A stretch of DNA of 64,000 bases. Origin: Minisyncoccota bacterium. GTDB taxonomy: Bacteria; Patescibacteriota; Minisyncoccia; Phycocordibacterales; UBA9973. The stretch is from the NCBI GenBank assembly GCA_041667145.1, contig JBAYFP010000001.1:121056-185055 (forward strand), read 5' to 3'. This document shows positions 28,027 to 38,383 of this stretch, one piece after another. The notes under the pieces are model-generated. The model saw nothing but the letters and a program-made list of their open reading frames with translations. It had not been told where the DNA came from and did not search any database. The number at the start of each line of letters is the position of its first letter. The first letter of the stretch is position 1. A program made the translations under genes and the position numbers.

Positions 28027-29358
28027 TTATTTTAGTATTTCAATATCTGCTCCAATAGAATTCAAACGCTTAGCTATCTCTTCATAACCACGATTTATCA
28101 TGTATACATTGCGTAAAATTGATGTACCTGGGGCAGCAAGCATAGAAATGAGGATTACCATAGACGGCCTGAGAGCAGGTGGGCAAACTACCTGTGCAGG
28201 TCGTAATTTAGTTCCTCCAGTTATATAGACTCTATGTGGATCTGCCAATGAAATATTTGCTCCTAGTCTGTTTAATTCAGTAAAATATATGGCGCGGTTT
28301 TCATATACCCAATCATGGATCATTGTTTGACCTTTTGCTCGAATAGCTATAGGTACAAAAAATGGAAGATTGTCTATATTTATTCCGGGATATGGGTTGG
28401 AATGTATTTTATCAGCAAGTGCTTTTAATTTACTTGGAAAAATTTCTATATCTGCAAGCTTCGTGCGTCCATTGTAGGAATAATATTTTTTGAGAATTTT
28501 AAATTTTAAATTCATTCTTTTTAGCTTTTCGAGTTCAAGTGAAAGAAAATCAATCGGGCAACGAGTTATTGTAAGTTTAGAATCTGTGATGATACATGCT
28601 GAAATAAACATCATTGATTCTATAGGGTCTTCGCTATTCCAGTATTCAACATCTTTATTTATCTCTTTTATTCCATGAACTGTTAAGGTAGAGGTGCCTA
28701 TACCATCGATTTTTACTCCTAATTTTTCAAGGAAAAAACATACTTCTTGAACCATATAGTTTGCACTGGCAAAAGATATGATAGTTTTACCTTCTATCAA
28801 AGCAGATGCAGTCAAGACATTTTCACAAGCAGTATCTCCTGATTCATACATAACTATCTCAGATGGTTTTAACTTAGGCGATTTTATTTCATAACTTGCA
28901 GTGGTTGTTTTGATTTTTACTCCAAGTTTTTCTAAGGCATAAGTATGGGCAGCGATAGTACGTTTCCCTAGGTTACATCCTTCGGCGTGCGGTAATGAAA
29001 ACGATTTTAAGAAGTGAATCATTGGCCCCATCAACATTACGATAGAACGTGTTTTAATTGCTGATTCAACATTTATATTTTTTAAATTAAATATTCTAGG
29101 TGGAGTAATGAACACGGTATTTTGATCTTTCCACTCTATTTTAGTACCAATACTTTCCATGATTTCAATAACTCTATACACTTCTTCAATACGAGCGATA
29201 CCATGTAGTGTCGTTGTGCCTTTATTAAGAAGTGAAGCACAAAGAAGACCAACAGAACCATTTTTAGAAAAGTTTGTTTTAATAGTTCCACTTAACTTTT
29301 TTCCACCATTTACCTTGAAATCAAGTACAGTATTATCAATTTTTTTGTCTTTTTTCAT
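28027..29358 (-). CDS. murA: UDP-N-acetylglucosamine 1-carboxyvinyltransferase
   Basis: 443 aa; the active-site Cys (AEGCNLGKR) and the C-terminal RGYEEIAKRLNSIGADIE pattern typical of MurA. Confidence 0.9.
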   Translation of the reverse strand: MKKDKKIDNTVLDFKVNGGKKLSGTIKTNFSKNGSVGLLCASLLNKGTTTLHGIARIEEVYRVIEIMESIGTKIEWKDQNTVFITPPRIFNLKNINVESAIKTRSIVMLMGPMIHFLKSFSLPHAEGCNLGKRTIAAHTYALEKLGVKIKTTTASYEIKSPKLKPSEIVMYESGDTACENVLTASALIEGKTIISFASANYMVQEVCFFLEKLGVKIDGIGTSTLTVHGIKEINKDVEYWNSEDPIESMMFISACIITDSKLTITRCPIDFLSLELEKLKRMNLKFKILKKYYSYNGRTKLADIEIFPSKLKALADKIHSNPYPGINIDNLPFFVPIAIRAKGQTMIHDWVYENRAIYFTELNRLGANISLADPHRVYITGGTKLRPAQVVCPPALRPSMVILISMLAAPGTSILRNVYMINRGYEEIAKRLNSIGADIEILK

Positions 29359-29369
29359 AAAATATTCTG

Positions 29370-29453
29370 TGCCCAGGGAGAGAATCGAACTCTCATGATG
29401 TTGCCATCAATAGATTTTGAGTCTATCGCGTCTACCAATTCCGCCACCTGGGC
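29370..29453 (-). tRNA. tRNA-Leu (anticodon CAA), class II with long variable arm
   Basis: Hand fold of reverse complement: acceptor GCCCAGG/CCTGGGC, anticodon stem ATAGA/TCTAT with loop CTCAAAA, long variable arm, T-loop TTCGATT. Confidence 0.8.
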
Positions 29454-29544
29454 AGTCTCTTATAAATTAGTAATTAACACATTTTACACAAAAAATGCAA
29501 TAAAATCAATTACTTAAATATTGTGTTTGTGTTAAAATAGATCC

Positions 29545-30534
29545 ATGTCCAATTTATATTCCAATTCAATTTTTTGGATTGATACAGATAAAGTAAAACC
29601 AAATCCATTTCAACCAAGACGAGATTTTGATGAAGCTCGTTTGCGAGATTTAGCTGACTCTATAAAACAATATGGAGTACTTCAGCCTCTTACCGTTTCT
29701 AGAGTAGAGGTAGAAAAAGAAGGAGGAGGTCTTAGTACAGAATATGAATTGATTGCTGGTGAACGCAGACTTCGTGCTGCAAAGATAGCAGGAGTATCTC
29801 AGGTACCAGTCATAATCCGTGAGGGAGATACTTCGATGATGAAGCTCGAACTCGCTATTATTGAAAATTTACAGCGAGAAGATTTAAACGTTGTAGATCG
29901 TGCTCGTGCCTTTTTTCGTCTTTCAAGTGAATTTAAATTTACTCACAATGAAATTGCTAAAAAAATGGGTAGAAGTAGGGAATATGTTTCAAATTCTTTA
30001 CGTATTTTATCCTTACCAGAGGAAATATTGAATGCTTTGTCAGAAGGGAAAATTACTGAAGGTCACACGAGACCGATCTTAATGCTTGTAGACCACAAGG
30101 AAGAACAAATGGTTTTATTTAAGGAGATTCTTTATAAGAAAATAACTGTACGCGAAGCAGAAGGGCTCGCAAGGAAAATAGCTTTTGACCGTGTACGTAA
30201 AAAAGAATTAATGCCGGATCCTGAGATAATGGAGCTTGAAGGAGAATTCCAAGATAAGCTTGGTACTCGTGTACATATAGATAGACATGAATTGGGCGGA
30301 CAAATTAAAATTGATTTCTTTTCGAATGAAGATTTGAGAACTATTTTAGATCTGATAAATAAAGGAAATATTGAAAAGAAACCAGGAGAAATGTTAGAGA
30401 ACTACATTGCGAAAAATACTGAACTCCCAGACGTTCCACATTTGGAAGAAGAAACTCCCTTAGATGACAGAACAAAAGAAGAGGTAAAAGAGGATGATAG
30501 TAAGCTTTACGACATCTCTAATTTTAGTGTTTAA
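29545..30534 (+). CDS. parB: ParB/Spo0J-family partition protein (no parA adjacent)
   Basis: ParB box GERRLRAAKIAG and a KMGRSREYVSNSLRIL HTH motif. Confidence 0.8.
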   Translation: MSNLYSNSIFWIDTDKVKPNPFQPRRDFDEARLRDLADSIKQYGVLQPLTVSRVEVEKEGGGLSTEYELIAGERRLRAAKIAGVSQVPVIIREGDTSMMKLELAIIENLQREDLNVVDRARAFFRLSSEFKFTHNEIAKKMGRSREYVSNSLRILSLPEEILNALSEGKITEGHTRPILMLVDHKEEQMVLFKEILYKKITVREAEGLARKIAFDRVRKKELMPDPEIMELEGEFQDKLGTRVHIDRHELGGQIKIDFFSNEDLRTILDLINKGNIEKKPGEMLENYIAKNTELPDVPHLEEETPLDDRTKEEVKEDDSKLYDISNFSV

Positions 30535-32003
30535 TTACGACCAAAGGATTTAAGTTTAGAAAGTAAACTATTCTTTTCTAAATAGGATCTTATATTTTTT
30601 CTTGCAGAATTTGTTTTAGCAAATTCAAGCCATTTAGAAGATGGATGAGAATCTTTTTTAGTAATTATTTCTATGATATCTCCATTCTTTAACTTTGAAA
30701 GGATTGGAGCAATTTTACCATTAACTTTTGCGCCAAAAATATGATTGCCTATATCGGAATGTATCGAATAGGCAAAATCTATTGGACTAGAATCTTCAGG
30801 TAAGTCGACAACGTCGCCCATTGGTGTGAAAATAAAAATACGGTCATTAAAGAAATCAGTCTTTAGATGTTCCAAATAATTTTTTGGGTCGTCTAATTCG
30901 TAATTAAAATTTTTCAATTCTTCAATCCATTTAAACTGTTCATTTTCCTGACGTTTATCTTCTTTACCCATGCCTTCTTTGTAAGTGAAATGTGCAGCTA
31001 TACCATAAGCTGCTTCAGCATGCATTTGTTTTGTTCGTATTTGAATCTCTGCTACTCCTCCTGAACCAGTAAAGATCGATGTGTGGATTGAACGATATCC
31101 GTTAGGCTTAGGCACTGCTATATAGTCTTTGATTCGTCCTGGTAATGGTTTCCAAATGGAATGAATTATTCCAAGGACTCTATAACATTCTTCGACATTT
31201 TCTACGACGACACGAAGTGCTACTATGTCATGTATTTTATCTATTTCCATCCCATGTTTTACTAACTTTTTCCAAAGACTATATTTATGCTTAAGTCTAT
31301 AATTTATTTCAGAAACTTTTATTTTATTTTTAGACAATTCTTTTTGAAGTTCTTTTGATACTTCTTCTAAATATTCTTCATATCGTCCTTGTTTTTGTTT
31401 TAGAATTTCTTCTACTTGTGCATATTCTTTGGGATAAGCATAAGGAAAAGCAGCATCTTCTATTTCACCTTTAAGTTTTCCCATTCCAAGACGATTGGCA
31501 AGAGGAGCATAGACTTCAATGGATTCTACCGCTATTCTTTCTCTTTTATCTTCTCTTATATGTTCTAATGTATGAAGATTGTGCAATCTATCAGCAAATT
31601 TGATGATAACTACACGTAGGTCATTCGTCATTGCTACGAAAAATTTTCTTAAACTTTCTATATGTCTTTCGTGTCCACGATATTTTAGAGTTCCGAGCTT
31701 TGTGACCCCATTTACTAAAAAAACTATTTCTTCTCCAAATTCTTTTTTTAGTTCTTCTTCTGTTATTTTTGTATCTTCTAAAACATCGTGCAACAGCCCA
31801 GCAACTATAGTTTCTGTATCCATTCTGAGTTTGGCCAATGTCTTAGCAGTTTCAAAAACATGAATAAAATATGGGTCTCCACTCATTCTTTTCTGTCCTT
31901 CATGCGCACGCTTTGCAAACTTATAAGCCTTTCTTATTAGCTCTTCATCTTTTTTACTGAGTTTTTCTACTATTAGATTAAATATTTCTTGCAAGTCTGC
32001 CAT
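30531..32003 (-). CDS. rel: bifunctional (p)ppGpp synthetase/hydrolase (RelA/SpoT homolog), compact form
   Basis: HD hydrolase motif HDVLEDT, synthetase motif PKPNGYRSIHT, TGS-like C-terminus. Confidence 0.85.
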   Translation of the reverse strand: MADLQEIFNLIVEKLSKKDEELIRKAYKFAKRAHEGQKRMSGDPYFIHVFETAKTLAKLRMDTETIVAGLLHDVLEDTKITEEELKKEFGEEIVFLVNGVTKLGTLKYRGHERHIESLRKFFVAMTNDLRVVIIKFADRLHNLHTLEHIREDKRERIAVESIEVYAPLANRLGMGKLKGEIEDAAFPYAYPKEYAQVEEILKQKQGRYEEYLEEVSKELQKELSKNKIKVSEINYRLKHKYSLWKKLVKHGMEIDKIHDIVALRVVVENVEECYRVLGIIHSIWKPLPGRIKDYIAVPKPNGYRSIHTSIFTGSGGVAEIQIRTKQMHAEAAYGIAAHFTYKEGMGKEDKRQENEQFKWIEELKNFNYELDDPKNYLEHLKTDFFNDRIFIFTPMGDVVDLPEDSSPIDFAYSIHSDIGNHIFGAKVNGKIAPILSKLKNGDIIEIITKKDSHPSSKWLEFAKTNSARKNIRSYLEKNSLLSKLKSFGRN

Positions 32004-32023
32004 AATAATATTATAGCACCTTT

Positions 32024-34324
32024 TTATTTTATTTTATTTAGTTTGTCAGGACGATTATTGGGACATTTATTATTACTACATCTTTCAGGAATTGTTTTTG
32101 TACCTTCCATCATCAAGGAACCACATTTATCACAAATTTTACCTGTAGGTTTTGCTTTGATAGCAAATTTACAATCAGGATAATTTGAGCAGGAATAAAA
32201 TATGCCAAATCTTCCACGTCTTTCAGAGATATCTCCTTTTTTACATAGAGGACAAATCACACCAGTTCTTTTTCTCGCTTCTTCTGCCTCATCTTTCTTT
32301 ATGAATTTACACTTCGGATAACGTGAACAGGAGATAAAAGTACCTGTACCGTCACGTCTTTGTTTGATTATAAGTTTTCCACCACCAGATTTTCCCTTTT
32401 TTTCTCCACATTCTGGACACATTTCGCCAGTTTCCTTTGGGCCTTCAAGTTCTGTGCCGTCTAATCTTAATGCTCCATCGCAATCAGGATATTTAGAACA
32501 GGAATAAAATTTACCTCCACGGGAAAGCTTGATGATCATACTACTACCACATTTAGGACATTTAATATTTTCTGGTGCGTCACCTAAATTTGTTGCTTTT
32601 TCTAATTTTTCTTTTATTTTTACTTCTTTTGAAAAAGGACCATAAAAATCTTTAAGAGTTTTTTCATATTCACGTTCTCCTCTAGAAATTTGATCAAGTT
32701 CATCTTCCATCTCTGCGGTAAAAGTATCAGAAATATAATTTGCAAAGTTTTTTTCCAAGAAATCAGATACGACTTCACCGACGTCGGTGGGAAAGAGAGT
32801 CTTATTTTCCTTTCTTACATATTCTCTATCCTCCAAGGTTTTCATTATAGATGCGTAGGTGGAAGGTCGGCCTATGTCTCTTGATTCAAGTTCTTTAATC
32901 AATCCAGCTTCACTATATCTATTTGGTGGTTCAGTAAATTTTTCTTCTTTAATAAGATTTAATAATTTTAATTTTTCTCCTTCTTTTACTTCGGGTAATT
33001 CGATATCTTCTCCAACACTATCTTTATCTACTAGAAGCCAACCAGTAAATAAAATTCTTGAGCCAGTAGCAGAGAAATCAGGGAATTTGAACTCCTGAGA
33101 CGTTGGACGTCTGGATTCTGTATCGGCTTCCAGACGTCCAACGTCTGGGGTTATGTTTGCACTTATTTTCGTCTTTAATAATTTTGCATCAGACATTTGT
33201 GAAGATACTGTACGTTCCCAAATTAATCTATAAAGTCTTTGCTGCTCCTCTGTCCCAGCTTGAAGATTTTCTATATGGGTAGGACGAATAGCCTCATGTG
33301 CCTCCTGAGCATTTTTTGATTTAGTTTTATAAATTCTAGCTTGTGCATACTTACTACCATATTTTTTTTCTACAAGAGAAACTATTTGAGCTTGAGCGAC
33401 AGCAGATAAATTTGTACTATCTGTTCGCATATATGTGATGTGTCCTGCTTCGTATAGTTTCTGCGCTATTTGCATAGTTCTTGAAGGGGAGTAGCCAAGT
33501 CGTGAGCTTGCTGTTTGTTGTAATGTAGAAGTAGTGAAAGGTGCACGAGGAACTCTTTTTTGTTCTGATTCTTTTACTTCTTTCACTATCCAATCTTCTT
33601 TTTTACCCAATTCGAGAATTTTTTCAACTAATTTTTCATCTCTTGGTTCTTCTACACAAACAAGAGTAATTTTTTCCCCTCCTGCCTGAGGAGGGGTGCC
33701 TTTTAAGGCGGGGTGGTGGGAGGTTTCAAAAAGTCCTAAAAGTTTCCAATATTTTTCAGGAATAAATGCACGAATTTCTCGTTCACGTTCCATTATGATA
33801 CGAAGCGCAGGGGATTGAACTCTTCCAGCTGAAAGTCCATAACGTACTTTTTTCCAAATAAGACCTGAAAGATCATATCCTACGAGTCTATCGAGTACTC
33901 GTCTTGCTTCTTGGGCTTTTCTTAGGTTTGTATCTATATCACGAGGGTGCTTTAAAGCTTCTTCCACAGCGTCTTTAGTAATTTCATAAAAAACTACCCT
34001 TTTTATAGGGGCTTTTATTCTTTTGCTTTTCTTTAATAATTCTTCAATATGCCAAGCGATAGCTTCTCCTTCACGATCAGGGTCTGTTGCTAAAAGTATT
34101 TCATTTGCTTTTTCTCCGAGAGATTGAAGTTCATGGACAACTTTTTCTTTACCTTTAGAAATTTCGTAATGTGGTATAAATCCACCTTCTATATCGATAG
34201 CTATTTTATTTGATTTTGGTAAATCACGAATATGTCCAATAGAAGCACGTACTGTGTACGCACCTTCTAAATATTTTTCAATAGTCTTTGCTTTTGATGG
34301 TGATTCTACAATTAAAAGTTTCAT
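32024..34324 (-). CDS. topA: DNA topoisomerase I with C-terminal zinc ribbons
   Basis: TOPRIM N-terminus LLIVESPSKAKTI, active-site region, 3-4 C4 zinc ribbons. Contains two in-frame GC-rich palindromic insertions. Confidence 0.9.
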   Translation of the reverse strand: MKLLIVESPSKAKTIEKYLEGAYTVRASIGHIRDLPKSNKIAIDIEGGFIPHYEISKGKEKVVHELQSLGEKANEILLATDPDREGEAIAWHIEELLKKSKRIKAPIKRVVFYEITKDAVEEALKHPRDIDTNLRKAQEARRVLDRLVGYDLSGLIWKKVRYGLSAGRVQSPALRIIMEREREIRAFIPEKYWKLLGLFETSHHPALKGTPPQAGGEKITLVCVEEPRDEKLVEKILELGKKEDWIVKEVKESEQKRVPRAPFTTSTLQQTASSRLGYSPSRTMQIAQKLYEAGHITYMRTDSTNLSAVAQAQIVSLVEKKYGSKYAQARIYKTKSKNAQEAHEAIRPTHIENLQAGTEEQQRLYRLIWERTVSSQMSDAKLLKTKISANITPDVGRLEADTESRRPTSQEFKFPDFSATGSRILFTGWLLVDKDSVGEDIELPEVKEGEKLKLLNLIKEEKFTEPPNRYSEAGLIKELESRDIGRPSTYASIMKTLEDREYVRKENKTLFPTDVGEVVSDFLEKNFANYISDTFTAEMEDELDQISRGEREYEKTLKDFYGPFSKEVKIKEKLEKATNLGDAPENIKCPKCGSSMIIKLSRGGKFYSCSKYPDCDGALRLDGTELEGPKETGEMCPECGEKKGKSGGGKLIIKQRRDGTGTFISCSRYPKCKFIKKDEAEEARKRTGVICPLCKKGDISERRGRFGIFYSCSNYPDCKFAIKAKPTGKICDKCGSLMMEGTKTIPERCSNNKCPNNRPDKLNKIK
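33096..33148. repeat. Family-C palindromic repeat inserted in-frame in topA (encodes DVGRLEADTESRRPTSQ)
   Basis: cctgagacgttggacgtctgg-attctgtatcggctt-ccagacgtccaacgtctgg: 17-bp perfect inverted repeat. Confidence 0.85.
33681..33703. repeat. Short GC-rich palindrome cccctcctgcctgaggagggg in-frame in topA (encodes ...TPPQAGGE...)
   Basis: Read from sequence. Confidence 0.6.
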
Positions 34325-34363
34325 ATTTCCTAAGTATTACACGAAACATATTTTTTTTGCAAA

Positions 34364-35233
34364 CTAAGTTAATTTTATCTCACCCATTTCTTCTTTAATT
34401 AATTCTTTTATTTCCATCACTGAGAGTATAGCATTTGCATTGGCTGTAGGCATTTTCATTGCTCGAATCAGGTCATCACGCGGTACGGGTTCTCTAAGAA
34501 GACCCACTACTTTCTTTTCTTCCATTGATAGTTCATCAAACAGAGAAGCTTGTTTATTTTCATCTTTTTTCTTTTCAAACCCCAAGGCCTCTAATACATC
34601 CTCGGCACAGGTCACAGGTGTAGCCCCTTGATGAATTAATTTATTTGTGCCTTTTGAAGATGAAGAAAAAATTGATCCCGGTACGACGAGTACGTCTCTA
34701 TTATATTCGGTAGCAAGTCTGGCAGTGATAAGTGTCCCGGATCTCTCTTCAGCCTCTATAATGAGCACAGATTTAGAAATACCTGCCATAAGACGATTGC
34801 GCATAGGAAAGCTCCATTGAGTGGCTTTAAAATCAGGTTCAAATTCTGAAATTAAACATCCACCATTGTCTACAATTTCTTTCATTATTTTAACGTTAGT
34901 TTTTGGGTACATTGCTTCGGGAGAAAGCCCTGATCCGGGGAATACAAGAGTTCGAAGACCGATTTGCATCGCTTTTTTATGAGCTATTGTATCAATACCG
35001 ATAGCAAAACCAGAAACTATAGCTATCGGATAGCCTTTAAGTCCTGCAATTATTTTTTCGCAGGCATCCTTCCCATAAGAAGTAAATTTACGTGAGCCAA
35101 CTACACATAAATAAATAAGATCTTCTTCAGGAAGATCACCTATAATCCAGAGGTCTTCTGGTGGTTGTGGTATTTCTAAAAGTTGTTTAGGAAATTCATT
35201 TTTTGGTAATTTTTTTATTTCCACGCTTTTCAT
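34364..35233 (-). CDS. dprA: DNA processing protein DprA/Smf
   Basis: VVGSRKFTSYG, AIVSGFAIGIDTIAH, Rossmann-like DprA core. The start was reassigned to internal Met MKSVEIKK (35231-35233) because the track ORF N-terminus overlaps serS and is low-complexity. Confidence 0.75.
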   Translation of the reverse strand: MKSVEIKKLPKNEFPKQLLEIPQPPEDLWIIGDLPEEDLIYLCVVGSRKFTSYGKDACEKIIAGLKGYPIAIVSGFAIGIDTIAHKKAMQIGLRTLVFPGSGLSPEAMYPKTNVKIMKEIVDNGGCLISEFEPDFKATQWSFPMRNRLMAGISKSVLIIEAEERSGTLITARLATEYNRDVLVVPGSIFSSSSKGTNKLIHQGATPVTCAEDVLEALGFEKKKDENKQASLFDELSMEEKKVVGLLREPVPRDDLIRAMKMPTANANAILSVMEIKELIKEEMGEIKLT

Positions 35234-35243
35234 TATACCAGCT

Positions 35244-36527
35244 TTGGTATATAATAAAAATATGTTAGATATAAAATTCATTCGTGAAAATAAAGACATT
35301 GTGCAAAAAGGCGCGAAAAAGAAACGCATAGAGATTGATATTGATAAACTCATTACGCTTGATGATGAACGATTAAAACAACTCAAAGAAGTCGAAGACT
35401 TAAGAGGGGAAGTTAATAAAGTTTCAAATGACATAGCTACTGAAAAAGATTCAACCAAAAGAATGCAGCTCATTGAAGAAATGCGTTCCGTAAAAGAAGA
35501 TATTAAATCTAAAGAAGAAAAACTAAAAGCAACCATAGAAGAGTGGCAGAAAGTGATGCTCCAAGTTCCAAATGTTCCAGATATTTCTGTTCCAGATGGA
35601 AAAAGTGATGAAGAAAACCTCGAAGTAAAATCTTGGGGAGAAAAACCCGTGTTTAATTTTACCCCAAAAGATCATATTGCTATTGTTGAAAGTCTTGATC
35701 TAGCTGATTTTGAGAGAGGCGCTAAAGTTTCAGGCTTTCGTGGATATTTTATGAAAAATGATGGAGCATTATTATTCTTTGCACTTTGGCAGTATTTTTT
35801 AGATTATTTTGTGAATCAAGGATACACTCCAATGATAGTGCCATCACTTGTAAGAAAGGAAACATTAATGGGTACAGGATATATACCTGGTGGCGAAGAT
35901 GATTTATATAAAACCCAAGATGGTGAATACCTTGCTGGTACAGCTGAAGTCGCAATGATGTCTTATTATTCAGGTGAAGTCTTGCCAAAAGAATCATTGC
36001 CGAAAAAATTTATTGCCTTTTCTCCATGTTTTAGACGTGAAGCTGGAGCACATGGTAAAGATGTAAAAGGTTTAATAAGAGTGCATGAATTTTTTAAGCT
36101 TGAACAGGTTTTGTTATGTGAGGCTTCTCATGAAGAATCAGCAAAATTACACGAAGAGATAACCTCTCATGTTGAGCATTTAATGCAAGAATTAGGTATT
36201 CCTTATCGTATTGTTGTTAATTGTGGGGGTGATCTAGGCTTAGGTCAAGTAAAGAAATATGATATAGAAGCTTGGATGCCTTCTCAGAATAAATACCGGG
36301 AAACGCATTCTTCTTCATATTTTCATGATTTTCAAACACGCAGATTAAATATTAAATATAAAGATCAAGATGGAAAATCAAAATATATTCATTCACTAAA
36401 CAATACTGCCTGTGCTACATCTAGACTCCCAGCTGCTATTTTAGAGAACTATCAACAAGCTGATGGTTCAATCAAAATTCCTGAAGTACTAAGGAAATAT
36501 ATGGGTGGAAAAGAATTTATAAAATAG
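35244..36527 (+). CDS. serS: seryl-tRNA synthetase
   Basis: N-terminal coiled coil, class II motifs (FRREAGAHGKDVKGLIRVHEF, motif 3 near the C-terminus). Confidence 0.9.
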   Translation: MVYNKNMLDIKFIRENKDIVQKGAKKKRIEIDIDKLITLDDERLKQLKEVEDLRGEVNKVSNDIATEKDSTKRMQLIEEMRSVKEDIKSKEEKLKATIEEWQKVMLQVPNVPDISVPDGKSDEENLEVKSWGEKPVFNFTPKDHIAIVESLDLADFERGAKVSGFRGYFMKNDGALLFFALWQYFLDYFVNQGYTPMIVPSLVRKETLMGTGYIPGGEDDLYKTQDGEYLAGTAEVAMMSYYSGEVLPKESLPKKFIAFSPCFRREAGAHGKDVKGLIRVHEFFKLEQVLLCEASHEESAKLHEEITSHVEHLMQELGIPYRIVVNCGGDLGLGQVKKYDIEAWMPSQNKYRETHSSSYFHDFQTRRLNIKYKDQDGKSKYIHSLNNTACATSRLPAAILENYQQADGSIKIPEVLRKYMGGKEFIK

Positions 36528-36539
36528 CCAATAAATAGA

Positions 36540-37379
36540 ATGCAAAAAAGCGTTTTAGATTCTCCACGTCTTCATGAATTAAAAAAGAAAAGGCAACAAG
36601 TTTTATTAAAAAAAATATTGTCTTTAATATTAATATTCATTTTAATCTTGGTTGGTTTATCTTTTCTTTCCAAATGGCAAAAAATAAATATTAATAATAT
36701 CCAAATATCGGGAAATAAAGTTGTGGAAACTAAAGCGATAGAAGATTTAGTAAAGCAAAAGATCTCTGGAAATTATCTTTGGATTTTTCCAAAATCAAAT
36801 TTTTTACTTTATCCTGTAGGAGAGGTAAAGAGGGAACTAGCAAATAATTTTAAAAGATTGAAAAATATTTCTTTAAGTGTTCAAAACTTTCAAACATTAA
36901 ATATTTCCTTAGATGAAAGAACAGCATTATATACATATTGTGGTATTGCTCCTGCTGAATTAGATAGTAGTAATCAAAAGTGTTATTTTATGGACCAAGA
37001 TGGTTATATCTTTGATGAAGCTCCATATTTTTCAGGTGAAGTTTATCTAAAGTTTTATGGAAAAGCTGATTCTTATTTTTTTGAACCAAATTTTTCAAAA
37101 TTAATTTCTTTAAAAGAAACACTTCAAAAAATGGGCATAAAACCCGCCGTATTTTTTGTGGATGATACTGGTGATATAAAAATATTTCTTTCTTCCACAA
37201 CAACCCAGCTAGGTCCATTTATTGCTTTAAAAGCTGATGCTGATTTTACACAAATAGCAGAAAACCTACAATCAGTACTTACCACTGAACCACTGCAAAC
37301 TGATTTTAAAAATAAATATTCCTCACTTCTATACATTGACCTTCGGTTCGGGAATAAGGTATATTACAAATTCAGATAA
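36540..37379 (+). CDS. FtsQ/DivIB-like cell division protein (single TM helix plus POTRA-like domain)
   Basis: N-terminal TM helix and the INNIQISGNKVVETKAIEDLV POTRA-like start; weak similarity only. Confidence 0.45.
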   Translation: MQKSVLDSPRLHELKKKRQQVLLKKILSLILIFILILVGLSFLSKWQKININNIQISGNKVVETKAIEDLVKQKISGNYLWIFPKSNFLLYPVGEVKRELANNFKRLKNISLSVQNFQTLNISLDERTALYTYCGIAPAELDSSNQKCYFMDQDGYIFDEAPYFSGEVYLKFYGKADSYFFEPNFSKLISLKETLQKMGIKPAVFFVDDTGDIKIFLSSTTTQLGPFIALKADADFTQIAENLQSVLTTEPLQTDFKNKYSSLLYIDLRFGNKVYYKFR

Positions 37380-38371
37380 TGAACTTCTGGGAAAAACTCG
37401 AAAAACCATTTTTCTGCCTTGCGCCAATGTCAGATGTCACTGATATAGCTTTTCGTCGCATATTAGCTAAGTATAGCAAGAATAGAGAAAACAAAAACAA
37501 AGTCGTTTTTTGGACTGAATTTGTGGCAGCTGATGGATTATGTAATAAACTCGCTAAAAAAAAGCTATCTCACATATTAAAATTTTCAGAATCTGAAAGA
37601 CCAATCGTAGCTCAAGTTTTTGGTGCTAATCCTGAAAATATGGAAAAAGCTTGTAGTTATATTGCAAGTCTTGGTTTTGATGGAATAGATATAAATATGG
37701 GTTGCCCAGATAAGTCAGTCGTAGCTCAGGGGGCCGGAGGAGCTTTAATAAAGACTCCGAAACTTGCTAGAGAAATCATACAAGCAGCTCAAAGAGGCAT
37801 AAGGTCTTCTGGAGCACATATTCCTTTATCAGTTAAAACAAGAATCGGTTTTAATAAAGAAGAAATAGATAATTGGATAGGGGAATTATTAAAAGAAGAT
37901 ATTTCTGCCCTAACTATCCACTTACGTACTGTTAAAGAATTATCACTTGTCGAAGCTCATTGGGATTTAATGAAAAGAATAGTTCAATTACGAAATAAAA
38001 TAAACCCAGAGATTTTAATAATTGGTAATGGAGATATCACAGATTTAAACGATGCAGAAAGTAAAGCATCACAATATAGTTGCGATGGGGTAATGATCGG
38101 TCGTGGAGTTTTTGGTAATCCGTGGTTTTTCACTAAACGCAGTTCTCCTAGTTTAGTTAGAGAAAAGTTAGAAATTTTAATAGAGCACACCCAAATTTTT
38201 GAAAAAGAACTTTTAAAACCTAAACATAAAAATTTTGCAGTTATGAAAAAACATTTCAAAGCGTATGTGAATGGTTTCGAGGGAGCAAAAGAATTACGCA
38301 CAAAACTAATGGAAACTCAAAATGCTAAAGAAGTGGAAAAAATTATAAATGATTTTTTAAAAACTATATAG
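37379..38371 (+). CDS. dus: tRNA-dihydrouridine synthase
   Basis: LAPMSDVTDIAFR, DINMGCP, TIM-barrel Dus motifs. Confidence 0.85.
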   Translation: MNFWEKLEKPFFCLAPMSDVTDIAFRRILAKYSKNRENKNKVVFWTEFVAADGLCNKLAKKKLSHILKFSESERPIVAQVFGANPENMEKACSYIASLGFDGIDINMGCPDKSVVAQGAGGALIKTPKLAREIIQAAQRGIRSSGAHIPLSVKTRIGFNKEEIDNWIGELLKEDISALTIHLRTVKELSLVEAHWDLMKRIVQLRNKINPEILIIGNGDITDLNDAESKASQYSCDGVMIGRGVFGNPWFFTKRSSPSLVREKLEILIEHTQIFEKELLKPKHKNFAVMKKHFKAYVNGFEGAKELRTKLMETQNAKEVEKIINDFLKTI

Positions 38372-38383
38372 TATAATCATACT

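Noticed and set aside
34364-35536. Full 390-aa track ORF for dprA
   Set aside because: The first 101 residues are low-complexity Ser/Phe-rich antisense of the serS 5' region. The start was trimmed to the internal Met at 35233, which gives a normal DprA N-terminus and removes the overlap with serS.
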